A stretch of 64,000 bases of DNA, taken from Chrysomallon squamiferum (lineage: Eukaryota; Animalia; Mollusca). Under the pieces are notes generated by a model. That model was not told the DNA's origin, made no database searches, and worked only from the letters and a program-made list of their open reading frames with translations. Location of the stretch: positions 3,100,001 through 3,164,000 of the forward strand of contig CM022675.1 in the NCBI GenBank assembly GCA_012295275.1, in the 5' to 3' direction. Below, piece by piece: positions 14,301-28,245 of the stretch; positions within the stretch are counted from its first letter, which is position 1, and each line of letters starts with the position of its first letter. The position numbers and the translations under genes are program-made.

Positions 14301-15203
14301 CACAAAAAGTGATCAGGCCAGTACTGTAGTATGTACATTACTATAATTAACAAATTATAGAAACACTAACAGCTATACTACTACTACTACTACTGCGACT
14401 ACTACTAATAATAATGGTGATGGTGATCATTATCCTGCAGTCTTGTAATAATAAAAATTAAAAAAAAAACAGCAAGAAAGAAAAAAAACAAAACATAATA
14501 AAACAAAAATAAAAAAATCCTTATAAATAATAATATATGCAGAATAATTATCTTACTTAGCTATCTTTGCTAAACACACCTTCGTTCTATGACCCATTTT
14601 ATATCACGTGACTAGATGCTACAATTCTATAGCAGGGAGAAAAAATATCCACGCTCGTGTCTAATAAAATCTACTTTTTAATTTTCTATTTTATTATAGC
14701 GTTTGTAACGTCAATAAATGCACATTATTAGATAATACTAACAAGTACTTTTACCTGATACTTTTATAACACACTCATACACAACCAATAAATGTGTTCA
14801 TGTTAAGTCCTAACATCAATATAAAAGTAAAACAAATTAATCAATTATATCACCTGTCCACATCCATGAACTGTACTGAACTTTAGCTCCAATCCAGTAA
14901 GATCCAGCTGTGACGTCACTCAGTAATGTAATATCTGATGTATTGTATAGGTGTTCTCCAGGTTCGTGACATGCATAAACTGCTGTGTCCCATGTGACGT
15001 TATTTAATACACGCAGAGTAGCTGTAATAAAACATAATATATTTACTTATGAAAAAATTGTAATCGATCGCAAAAGTAAGAAAATAAAAATACAATTCTT
15101 TCACTTGTAACTAAAATATTTTACCTGACACGGAAAACAGCTGACATAAAATCCCGCTAAAAACTGTCAGAAGCAGACGACTTGTACCCCATAGTTCAGC
15201 CAT
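7275..15203 (-). CDS. Gene B: type-I membrane receptor, SP-CTLD[WSC]-CTLD-short stalk-TM-multi-Tyr tail, ~557 aa
   Basis: Exons 15125..15203, 14854..15021, 13974..14131, 13192..13327, 12262..12378, 10378..10575, 10092..10223, 8647..8700, 8151..8226 (TM GVAVGVSVTLILLVAGAVVVTVWMRR) and 7275..7830 (tail). All GT/AG and phase-compatible; total 1674 nt with no internal stop. An optional 45-nt exon lies at 12840..12884. Confidence 0.85.
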
Positions 15204-15839
15204 GACACCCTGTGACCTGTACAAAGAAGTAAAACATTATCTGTATTTTAACAATACCGGTCTGTCACAAACTAAAAATAATTTTGTAAAACGATATAGC
15301 AACTTTAAAAACTATAGTACTACCACAGAACTACCTATACGTAGATGAATAATAATAAAATATTTTTATTACCGAGGTAACTAGTACACGTTTGAAATCT
15401 TACGTTAGACTTTGTACATTAAACACTTTTGTGTTTGACAAACCATAACAATTATTCAGAGTGTGACTGCTGTCGTTAGAAAAAAAATAACATCAGACTT
15501 TTCTCTGACGTAAACTTGAAATAAGACTGTCTACCTGTTTGTTTTGTGTTCATTTTCACGTTAATTATTTGACGATTTTGATAAATCATCTATGTTTACG
15601 ATAATGTTTTATGAATTTTGAAATGATGATGATGATTATTATGAGTTAAAATTTGTTATTATGTTAACAGAAGAAGATGAAGAAAGAAAAATGATGTGAT
15701 ATGAAGAAATAAAGAAATAAAAAGAAGTGAAAGGGAGAAAAGTGGACAGAGGTCTGGAATAATTGTTTAAACATTTAACAGAAACTGGATTTTTGTGTTT
15801 ATATAATTATATGAACAATGTAGATGCCTAGAAACTAAT

Positions 15840-17730
15840 AAATAAACACATGTGTATATAAAACATACACACACATACTTACATATACATACAGACACAT
15901 ACACATATGTATACACATTCATACACAAATAAACACGTGCATATGCATACACATACACATACAGAGAAATACATACAGACACATAAACAACACGTGTGTA
16001 TATATAAACATACACAGTCTGTATATAAACATTTATATATATATATATAAACATACACATACAGAGAAATACATACATATATATAAATATGTGTGTATAT
16101 ATAAACATATACATATAGAGAAATACATAATAGACACAAAACAAATGTATATATAACTTATACACTTACATACATTTTTTACACACACATGTTTATTTAG
16201 ATATGTATATCACGTATGTTCATATACAAACAGAAACACACTGGCTTGTGTATATATTCCGTCACTGATTTACACATACAGACACTTTTTAATTTATTTT
16301 AAACATACACATACAGACTTTCAATTCCTTTTCTTTATATATAAACATACACATACAGAGAAATACACACAGACACATAAACAAACTGTGTAGTATATAA
16401 ACACATACGTGCTTATCTGTGTATGTACATTCATCTGTTTGTATGTTTATATATAATATACAGATGTGACACATAAACACGTGTATATACATATATACTT
16501 TCATATACACATACATACACACAAACATGTGTTTTATATCTTTATGTATGTTTACACAACCACACAAACACATAAACATGTGTTTATATAAACATACACA
16601 TACACATCTACCTACATTTAAATACACAAACAAACACATACAGTATATAAATACATACAGAATATATTTCTCGTTTGAAATCTTACATCAAACTTTTGCT
16701 GTACAGAGAAAATACATACAGACAACTTGAAATAAACTTGCTAAACCTGTTATATAAACATACACTTTTAGAGAAATTTATTTATTTTTATAAATCATCT
16801 CTGTTTATTTGTCATCTATTTAAAATACAGACTTTAGTTATTCAGTTTTCTGATTGTGTGTAAATAAACACATAAGAACACATAAACACGAAAATAAATA
16901 AACATAAAAAAAAAAATAAAAAAAGAAAAGAAAAAGTGGACAGAGGTGACGGAATAATTGTTATAAACATATAAACATACAGATATGCATCAGATAAACA
17001 CGTGTGTGTATATATAAACATACACATACAGACACATAAACCTGTGTGTATATATAAACATACACATACAGACACATAAACACGTGTGTGTATATATAAA
17101 CATACACATACAGACACATAAACCTGTGTGTATATATAAACATACACATACAGAGAAATACATACAGACACATAAACACGTGTGTATATATAAACATACA
17201 CATACAGAGAAATACATACAGACACATAAACACGTGTGTATATATAAACATACACATACAGAGAAATACATACAGACACATAAACACGTGTGTATATATA
17301 AACATACACATACAGACACATAAACATGTGTGTATATATAAACATACACATACAGACACATAAACATGTGTGTGTATATATAAACATACACATACAGACA
17401 CATAAACCTGTGTGTATATAAACACATACAGAGAAAATACAGACACACAAACATGTGTGTAAACATACAAACATAAACACGTGTGTATATATAAACATAC
17501 ATACACAGACACATAAACATGTGTATATATAAACACACACAGAGAAATACATACAGACACATAAACATGTGTGTATATATATATAAATATACACATACAG
17601 ACACATAAACACACATGTATATATAAACATATGTGTATATATAAACATACACATACAGACACATAAACATGTGTGTATATATAAACATACACATACAGAG
17701 AAATACATACAGACACATAAACATGTGAGT
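15840..17730. repeat. CA/TA-rich minisatellite (54-bp unit plus shorter ~40-bp variants) between divergent genes B and C
   Basis: Unit CATACACATACAGAGAAATACATACAGACACATAAACACGTGTGTATATATAAA, cleanest at ~16990-17730 and degenerate at 15840-16620. Confidence 0.9.
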
Positions 17731-18039
17731 ATACATACTGACAGAGGTGGATATGTTTCTGTATGTGTATATGTACGTGCGTGTGCGTGTATTTGTGTAT
17801 ACGTATATATATGTGTCTATAGTGTATGTATATGTATATATCCTTGTGTGTGTGTGTTTTATTACTTTCTTGTTCTAGGGAGAAAACGTAGTAAAATAAT
17901 CACATCATAACATAATAACAACATCATCTTAATTATAATCATCATCGTCGTCGTCGTCATATTCATAATAAGAACAGAATTATTATAATTATAGCTTTCA
18001 TCATCGACATCTTCATCTTCGTCACAAAAACGAGTACAA

Positions 18040-18344
18040 AGTAAACAGGTAGTTAGTCTATATTTAGCAAGTTTATTTAATGCAGACGTGTGAGTTATTT
18101 TCTTTCTAGGACAGCAGACACACTCTGTTCACTTCCTGGTTTATTAAACACAAAAGTGTTTTAATGCACAGTCTAACGTAAGATTTCAAACAAGTATTAA
18201 CTACCTTCGTAATTACGATCATATGCGTATAAATATTTTCGTATATTACTGGAGTTTTTAAAGTTGTTACATCGTTTTGCAAAACTAATCTTCTCGAAAA
18301 ACGGGTGTTGTAAAAATAGATCAATGTTTTACTTCCTTGTACAG
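18040..18344 (+). promoter_or_regulatory. Conserved upstream block of gene C (putative promoter or 5'UTR-intron region)
   Basis: Near-identical inverted copy upstream of E (~57785-58090), with related blocks upstream of A and B. Contains ETS-like CACTTCCTGG (~18130) and a pyrimidine-tract/CAG acceptor 13 nt before the ATG, implying an unseen 5'UTR exon. Confidence 0.35.
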
Positions 18345-18357
18345 CTAACAGGGTGTC

Positions 18358-18611
18358 ATGGCTGAACTATGTGGTACAAGTCGTCTGCTTCTTACAATTT
18401 TCGGCGGGATTTTTTGTCAGCTGATTTCTGCGTCAGGTAAAATATATTAATTACAAGAAATTTCTTTTTATTTTCCTATTTTTGTGGTTACAATTTTGTG
18501 AAGTGAGACTTCCCGGTTATTTTTGATAATTTACGAATGTCTTGCAAGTATATTATTATTAATTTTTAAATCTAATTTATATTTAGATCTCTCACCCTCA
18601 AAATCACTAGT

Positions 18612-18699
<88 letters not shown>

Positions 18700-20772
18700 A
18701 ATTTTAAAGTTTGCTTTATAAGTAAATATATTGTGTTTTATTACAGCTACTCTGAGTTTATTAAATAACGTCACATGGGATACAGCGTTTTATACATGTC
18801 ATCAACATGGAGAACAACTGTACAGTACGTCAGATATTACATCACTGAGTGACGTCACAGAAGGATCTTACTGGATTGGAGCTAAAGTTCAGTACAGTTC
18901 ATGGATGTGGACAGGTGATATAAATTATTATTTTGTGGTATTGAGCAATTACTCAGACGAAAATCTATGACTACTGTAAATATGCAACTACATTAAATTT
19001 ATATTACTATTAATATGAACAAGTTTATTGCTATATTTGTTATTAAAATATCAATATAATTGTTGATATTGTTTCATAAATGCGCATATATTGTCGTTAT
19101 TCTTTGCTGTTGTTTTATTGTCTTTTTTGTTCTTTTCTTGTTTTTCTTCATTTTTTAATTAATTTTACTTTGCAGTTATTAAACAAAGACTGCGTTTTTA
19201 TTATTATTATTATTAGTAGTAGTAGTATTATAGTAGTTGATGTATTATTTCTTATTAGTAGGGTTACTGAAAGTCCAACTCACTTAGAAATAAAGAAATA
19301 AAATGCATCTAATTATTTAATATATGTCAGTGTGTGTGTGGTTTGCATCTGTGTGTGATCGTGTGCGCGCGTGTGTGTGTATGTGTGTGTGTATGTGTTA
19401 GATTAAACATTATATACAAAATTATTGCTTACATTATAAAATTGATTATATTAAACAAATCAAGTTTGTTTTACAGCGGATAACACACCACTGTTTGATT
19501 ACACTGGAGAAGTGAATGAATCACAATCTGTACAGTTTTATCAAATCAAATACGACAACCAGGCAAGCCGATGTTACTACAAATGTCAACAACACAGAAC
19601 TACTGCAAGTGTGATGTATGTGGGATTGCAGGTTGGTATCATAGATTAAATAAATATTTACATGCGCAAACACACAGAGACATATACATACATATACATG
19701 TACTTATGTATACGTACATACATACAGAGACACATACATTCATTCATACATATAAAAATGTATAATAACACAGCTGCATATACATGCACAGTTGCAGACA
19801 TAAATTTATACATTCGGACGAAAGACAGACACTTTTGAATATTTCTTACTGCTAAAAAAGTTATATCTGGTTGTTCCCACTAAAAGAACGATTCTTGCAG
19901 TTTAGCAGCAAGGGTTCTTTTAAATGAATAAGTTATATCTTTGTCTGTGACTAATATGTTACCTTGTTTAGAACGACAAACAGAATCAGTTGATGTGAAA
20001 GTAGTGAAAAATGTATTTTTAACACGTGTTATATATATATTATTTTAAATGTTTGTATTACAGAGAGAGAAATGTTACTGTTTTAACTGGAGAAGCATTT
20101 CACGAGAACGTGTTCAAAGTAAAAATAAAACTGTCTGTTTGGGAAACTTCAAAGAAAACTGTGGTAGTGAAAATACAATAAGTATTTATAATACAGGTAA
20201 TGTTTATTAATATACTTACCTACAATAAACCATATCTCTATAAACGAAGAAAAAAGTAGCTAAAATATATTCTAAATACTTCCAAGTAATGTTTTATATT
20301 GTTGTTTGTTTGGTTTTTTTTATTTTTGTATTTATGATTATTATTATTATTATTATTTTTTATTTTTTATTTCATTAAGTTTATTTTTAATTAATAACGA
20401 AATATAAAAACAAAATATATGAAATCAGAGTTCAGATAAAGAAAACTGAGTGAGGATTATCATGTAACTTTATGTTGTAGGTTTTGGTTTACTTAATCTA
20501 TTTTAACTGAAAATATCCTTTCCAGGCCTCCCTTCCAGCTGGTCTTTGGATGTTGGTGGTCTCTGTGGCTATATTGAAACTCATAGACACAACGTGAAAA
20601 CAGAGGAGAACTGTAATTTACAAAAAGGGTTTATTTGTAACTGTAAGTGAATTTTTTATTATTCAAAACTAATCAAATAAGAAACTGTAAGATAAATATA
20701 TACAGTGCAAGGAATTGAGAGTCCAAGAGAACCAGGAAGATAGTTACTACTTTACAAAACAAATATTGACTT

Positions 20773-20804
<32 letters not shown>

Positions 20805-21569
20805 TTTCAGGTATCGGACATTACAGTAATTTATCATGTTATCATCATGAAATGAAACACAACTGGACTTCATCTAACTCAGTCTGTTCATTAACAAAAC
20901 TTGACAGCAACAACATAAACATAATACTCAGAAACTGGTGGGCTGAATACCAGTACTGGATTGGACTAAAACGGACTAAAGAGCTTGTACGGAGTGACAG
21001 TTAGTTTTTATTTTATCACATCAACTGGCTTCTAAAAAATATATAAATTACTGTTATCAATTTTATTTATTTATTTATTTATTAGCACATATATATTTTT
21101 TTCTTGTTCCTCTGGCTTTTTATGGTTGTTGAATATGTTTCTGGATATAACTATCTTATTTATTTTATTTTTTATTTTTTTATTTTAGCTAACTCTCCAT
21201 TCATTTTCCTTTCGCTTTATTATTTCGAATTTTTGTTTTAGATTATGAACCGTTCAGTATAAAAATTAACATTAGTCAAAATGGCTGTGTGCTGTTAGAA
21301 AAATCCTCAAATGGCAAAACTAAATTTTCTATTAGTAACTGTAGTGACGTCCACTCCGCCATTTGTGTTAGTAGTAAGTATTATTTATTTATTTATTTAT
21401 TTACTTGTTTGTCTGAGTTTATTTTCCATACATTTGCTTATTTATTTTTATTATTATTAATACATTCATCAATTCATCAATTCATTTAGAATGAAATATT
21501 TTTAAAATAAATTATGTTAATATAAAATGTCAAAATTTAGTTTGCACTTAAGGCAATACATGTTAGAAA

Positions 21570-21610
<41 letters not shown>

Positions 21611-24600
21611 GTGTTATTATTATTATTACTATCATTATTTATTTATTTATGTATGGTTACGACTATAATTATATATATAATATATACTTCATTGTTATAT
21701 ACTTCACACTGGTAGACATTTTAGATATGTTTGGATTAGAAGAATGATTTTGCTGAATGATGCAGTTTTGTGGTTATAACTTTACTCAACTATTTATGTA
21801 TTATTGATTTATAACTATTATTTTATAGTCAGAATTGTTTTAAAGTTGGTTGAATATTGAAATGTGGTTCATTTATGAATATAATTTTACAGATTAATCA
21901 AGACTCATACACATCATCTTGCTGGATATTTAAATATGGTTGACTTACGATTGTAATTTTATAGATTAAAGGAATGTTGTAGTTGACTGTTTAAATGAGG
22001 TTGATGTGTAACTAAGTTTAAATATTTTACAGATTTCAGTTTTCAGACTTCCACACAGACAGGCACTGACGTCATCACAACTCAGACAGGTATATTAATA
22101 AAACAGACAGCTAGGTATATCTGAAATAATGTTGTTTGTGTATTTCATAGTTGTTTTTTTAAATTTATTTGTTTGTTAATTATTTAATTGTTTGTTTGTT
22201 TGTTTATTTTATTACTTGTTTGTTATTTATTTGTGTACATATATTAACTAATAAACAAAATTAACTAATACTACTACTACTATCACAACTTCCATTACTA
22301 TTAATTCAGAGTGTTTCTCTTATATTTTATTTTATTAATTTTCTGTTTAAATGAAATAAACTGACAGATAGTAAAACCAGTTTCTGTCTTGTGTATTTTA
22401 AAAACTTTTGTTTTACATGTTTTATAGATTCTTCATCAACTCAAGTTCAGATCACCTCCAAAACAACAATTAATTCAGGTAAAAATGTAAACAATATGAA
22501 TATCTGTGTGATAGGTTTTGGGAGAGGGGCAAAGGAATGATAATTTCACTACTGATTAATTAATTAATTTATTATACTTGTTTCTTAAAATTTAATTATA
22601 TTATTTTGACACTTATTTATTTTTTTAACTTTATTTATTTATTTATTTGTTTCTTTAGTGTTGTTTTGCTATTGTTGCTGAATTATCATTTGTATTCTCA
22701 GTAAATATTTTAACAGTATAAGAATATTTTTCCTTATTTTAAATTAGATATAACTTCCTATTTTTGAAAAACGGTGTCTGTGTGCACTAGAATTTGTCAT
22801 TATAATCAGTGAACACAAACGTGCATATTCTTCTCTTTAGAGACATGGATATTTGCAAATGTTTCTTATTTAGTAATGATACTTAACTTTGTTCTTGTAT
22901 TTTATAAATCTCTATTTCTTTGTTGTAGTTGTCTCTGCTATTTTGATTAAAAGGTAATTATAGTTAATATTGTTAATTTTGTAAGTAAATATATTCTGTT
23001 TTATTACAGCTACTCTGCGTGTATTAAATAACGTCACATGGGATACAGCGTTTTATACATGTCATCAACATGGAGAACAACTGTACAATACGTCAGATAT
23101 TACATCACTGAGTGACGTCACAGCTGGATCATACTGGATTGGAGCTAAAGTTCAGTACAGTTCATGGATGTGGACAGGTGATATAAGTTATTATTTTGTT
23201 TTACGATCACAAAACTTTAAGAAATAAGCAGACCAAAAGTTATGACTACTGTGAATGTTCAGTTATATCAGATTTGTGTTACTATTTAATATATACCAGA
23301 CAGTTTGTATATTTAATAAATATATTTCCTTATATTGTTTAACAATATGCATTTGTTGTTGTATAAAATACAAATATGTAATAATAAGTAAAATAGATTT
23401 TATTAGGCTTTAGTACCAATACTTCTATCTCACTGCTATAAATAGGCATCTAGTCATGTTATGTAAAACACATCACAACAGCTGTGTCTAATTAACAACA
23501 AAAAAAAGTAAAAATTATTCATACATTATTGGCTCTCTAGTAGTATTACAATTACTATTATTACTGTTATTCTGACTAAATAATTCTACAGTTTGTATAC
23601 TTGATATACAGTTTTTATTATAATTGTTTTGTAATTAATTTATTATTACTGTTTTGTTATTGTTCTTGTAATTTAACACTTAAACAATTTCTTAAATACT
23701 GCTGTTATTATAATTATTACTACTGATGTTGTGGACAGGTGATATAAATTATTGTTTTGTTGTACTGTGCATTTACAATCACAAAACTTAAAGAAATACA
23801 CAGATCAAAAGTTATGACTACTCTGAATATTCAGTTGTATTAAATTTATATTACTTTGTACATTTATTAAATATACTTGCTAATATTGTTCAACAAAGTG
23901 AATTTGTTATTGTTACATAATGTATAAATTACACAATCATGACAATGATAATTAAAAAGTAAAATAGATTTTTTTAGACTATTTCTCTCTCAGTGCTATA
24001 AATGAGCATCTAGTCATGTGATGTAAAACACATTACATCAGATATGTCTAATTAACAAAACTAAATAAAATATTTATATTATATTTGTGAAAAGTATTTT
24101 CTTTTTTTTAACCCAAATCATTTACACTTTCATTTTCTCTCTCTGTATTATGATTATTGTTGTTGTTGCTGCAGCACAAATCGTTGTTGTTGTTTTATTT
24201 GTTGAATTCTAGTTAGGGGTAACATGTACTTCTTAACATATAAAATTCATATTTATCTTGAACATTGTTTCTGAAAGACAGAATGTACCAATAAATGCAG
24301 TTAAACCCAGAAAACAAATGCACATACTTCTATAAATGTTACTATCTCTTATGTTAATAACTTTTAAAAATCAATTATATTAAATAACACAAGTTGGGTT
24401 TACAGCAGATAACACAGCACTGTTTGATTACGTTGGAGAAGTGAATGAATCACAATCTGTACAGTTTTATCAAATCAAATACGACAACCAGGCAAGCCGA
24501 TGTTACTACGAATGTCAACAACACACAAATACTGCAAGTGTAATGTATGTTGGATTACAGGTTGGTAACATAGATTTATTTATGATTTATTTATTAAGCT

Positions 24601-25074
24601 TACAGAAAATGATTTATTAAGCTTACACATCCATATAAATAAATATAGAAACACACAGACATACATACAAATGTACACACATCCTGTGAAAGAAGAATGT
24701 TTTTGTCTTCCACCTGTAAAATGTCACTTCTGTCATGATTGTTGATTTGGTCTGCTGTCCACTGAACGCACTCTAAGAGTTCAGGCTAGACCTGGGTAAC
24801 TTACTTGTGTGTATTTTTGCTGTTCTGCTTGTACAACCCTTATGTGACTGTTGTGACAAATTACCATTATTGTAATACTCTACCACTGTATTGACTATCC
24901 AGTGCTAGAGGTAATACAGTTCTAAAAGTGTTTGTTGTGTTTCTAGTGAACATAGATCATATATAGGGCACTCCAGAACAAAGCCAACTTGGCTAGTAAC
25001 CTGCCAGAGACATAGATATTTATATACGTGAGTGTGTGTGTGTATTTATACATATATATGTGTGTGTGTGGTGT

Positions 25075-25120
<46 letters not shown>

Positions 25121-26469
25121 TATCTATGTGTGTATGTATGCAGACATGCATATGTATATAAATACAAAATGAAAGTTAATTATGTGCGTCATACATACAT
25201 ACTTACATCCAAACATGAATACATGCAGATATCAATACATATACAACACATTCCCTAACAGATAAAATATTATTTTTAAATGTAATTTATATACTCTTTG
25301 TTTTTTGCATAATAAAGACTCAAATGTCAATATTCATGTAGTAAAAATGTTACAATTTAATCAAATATATTGTCATAAAGGCTAGGAATGGTTATTAAAC
25401 ATTTCAACTCATCTACATTTAAATATTTCTTACTGTGAAAAAATGTGGAATGGAAAACAGAATCAATTGATGTGAAAGTGGAAAAAAAAGTATTTTTATT
25501 TTAGCAGATATGTTTATTTTTTTAAATGTTTGTGTTACAGAGAGAGAAGTGTTACTGTTTTAACTGGAGAAGCTGGAATCAGATTTCATGTAAAATTGTT
25601 CACAGTTTAGCAACAAGTGTTCTTTTACTTGAACACAGTTTTATCATTGTCTGTGACTCATATGTTATCATGTTTGGAACGGGAAACAGATTCAGTTTGT
25701 GAGAAGGTGGTAAGAAAATATTTTTAAATCGTGTCACTTTTAATATTTCAAATGTTGGTTTTGCAGGGAGAGAAGTGTTACTGTTTCAAAAGGTTGAGCT
25801 CATTTCCAGGATTATTTCAAAGAGAAAATAAAAATATTTGTTTGGGGAACTTCATTGAAAACTGTGGTACTGAAAATACAATCAGTATTTATAAAACAGG
25901 TAATGTTTATTTATATACTTACTTACAATCTACCATACTTTTCAAGAACAAAAAAAACAAAAAAACACCTAAAGTATATTCTAAATATTTCCAAGTAATG
26001 TTTCATTTTATCTTTATTATTATTATTTTTATTTATTTTTTATTTACTTTTTTATTATTATTTTGTGGGTTTTTTAGGTAATTTTTAATTAATAATGGAG
26101 TATAAAAACAAAATGTATGAAATCAGAGTTCAAATAATGAAAACTGAATCAGAATTATCATGTAACTTTATATTGTAGGTTTTGGTTTACTTAATGTATT
26201 TTCACTGAAAATATCCTTTCCAGGTCTGCCTTCCAGCTGGTCTTTGGATGTTGGTGGTCTCTGTGGCTATATTGAAACTCATAGACACAACGTGAAAACA
26301 GAGGAGAACTGTAATTTACAAAAAGGGTTTATTTGTAACTGTAAGTGAATACTTTATTATTAAAAACTAATCAAATAAGAAACCCTAAGATAAATATATA
26401 CAGTGCAGGGAATTGAGAGTCCAAGAAAACCAGGAAGATATTATTAGTTTATAAGACAAATACTGACTT

Positions 26470-26505
<36 letters not shown>

Positions 26506-27205
26506 TTTCAGGTATCGGACATTATAATAATTCATCATGTTATCATCATGAAATGAAACACAGCTGGACTTCATCTAACTCAGTCTGTTCATTGACAAAA
26601 CTTGTCAGCAACAACATAAAGACAATAATCACAAAATGGTGGGCTAAATACCAGTACTGGATTGGATTAAAACGGAGTAAAGAGCTTGTACGGAGTGACA
26701 GTTAGTTTATTTTATCACATCAGCTGGCATCTAAAATATATAAATTACTGTTATCAGTTTTATTTATTTATTTATTATCACATATATATTTTTTATTGGC
26801 TTTTTATGGTTGCTGAATGTGTTGCTGGATATAACTTTATTTATTTTTATTTTTATTATTAATGGAGACATATTTTTATTTATTTATTTTAGCTAACACT
26901 CCATTCATTTTCCTTTTGCTTTATTAATTCAAATTTTTGTTTTAGATTATGAACCGTTCAGTATAAAAATTAACATTACACAAAATGGCTGTGTGCTGTT
27001 AGAAAAATCCTCAAATGGCAAAACTTCATTTTCAATCAGTAACTGTAATGACGTCCACTCCGCCATTTGTGTTAGTAGTAAGTATTATTTATTTGTTTAC
27101 TTGTTTATTTATTTAATTATTTATTTGACTATGTGTTTATTTTCCTTATTTTGCTTATTTATTGTTATTGTTATTAACATATCAGTTCATTTACATGTTA
27201 GAAAT

Positions 27206-27247
<42 letters not shown>

Positions 27248-28213
27248 ATTGAGGACTAAATATTTTTGACAGTAGAAATCTGTTCCACCAACCACCATTA
27301 ATCTCCCATTATTTAAAAACACAACTTACAATCATCAGATATATAAATTATTTCATTAGAAACTTTAGTAACTGTTTTAATCTGTATTTGAAAATAGACT
27401 GACATAAATTGACTTACGACTATAATTATACATATATATATATTTCATTGTTATATACTTCACACTGGTAGACATTTGAGATATGTTTGGATTACGAGTA
27501 TGATTTTGCTGAATGATGCAGTTTTGTGGTATTAACTTTACTCAACTATTTATGTATTGTTGATTTGTAACTTATTTTATAGTCAGAATTGTTTTCATGT
27601 TGGTTGAATATTGAAATGTGCTTCATTTATGAATATAATTTTTTTAAATAATCAAAAGTCATATATGTCATCTTGCTGGATATTTAAATATGGTTGACTT
27701 ATGACTATAATTGTATAGATTTAAGGAACGTTATAGTTGACTGTTTAAATGAGGTTGATGTGTAACTAAGTTTAAATATTTTACAGATTTCAGTGTTCAG
27801 ACTTCCACACAGACAGACAGATTTACAACACAGACAGGTACGTGAATATTAAACAATGCTGTTTGTTTATTTGTTTGTTTCCTAGTTTATCATTTATTTA
27901 TAATTGATTATTATAATTATCATTATTAATTTGTTTGTTTGATTGATTGATTGTTTATTTTATTATTTGTTTTTATTTATTGGTCATATGTTTTGATGTG
28001 CCTGTGTGTATATACACATATATGTTGCAGGTGTCGCTGTTGCTGTTTCTGTAACTGCTGTTGTAGTGTTAGTAGTGTGCTTAGTTGTCACTGTTGTTTA
28101 TATGAAAAGGTAAATAGAGTTACCGTTCTTGACTAATTTATGTTCTTGACTAATGTTTCAGTTCTCAAAATTATTTAATATACACAGATTTAAAAACAAG
28201 AAAAGAAACAAAG

Positions 28214-28245
<32 letters not shown>

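Noticed and set aside
16842-17736. Long Cys/Tyr/Val-rich ORFs here and at 15767-16639 and 58329-59274
   Set aside because: Translations of the 54-bp minisatellite, open in several frames at once.
18747-21373. Calling the family a known gene (macrophage mannose receptor, Kremen, perlucin, polycystin-1)
   Set aside because: No ricin/FNII, kringle/CUB or PKD/REJ domains and no Ca2+-binding motifs; the architecture matches none, so no symbol was assigned.
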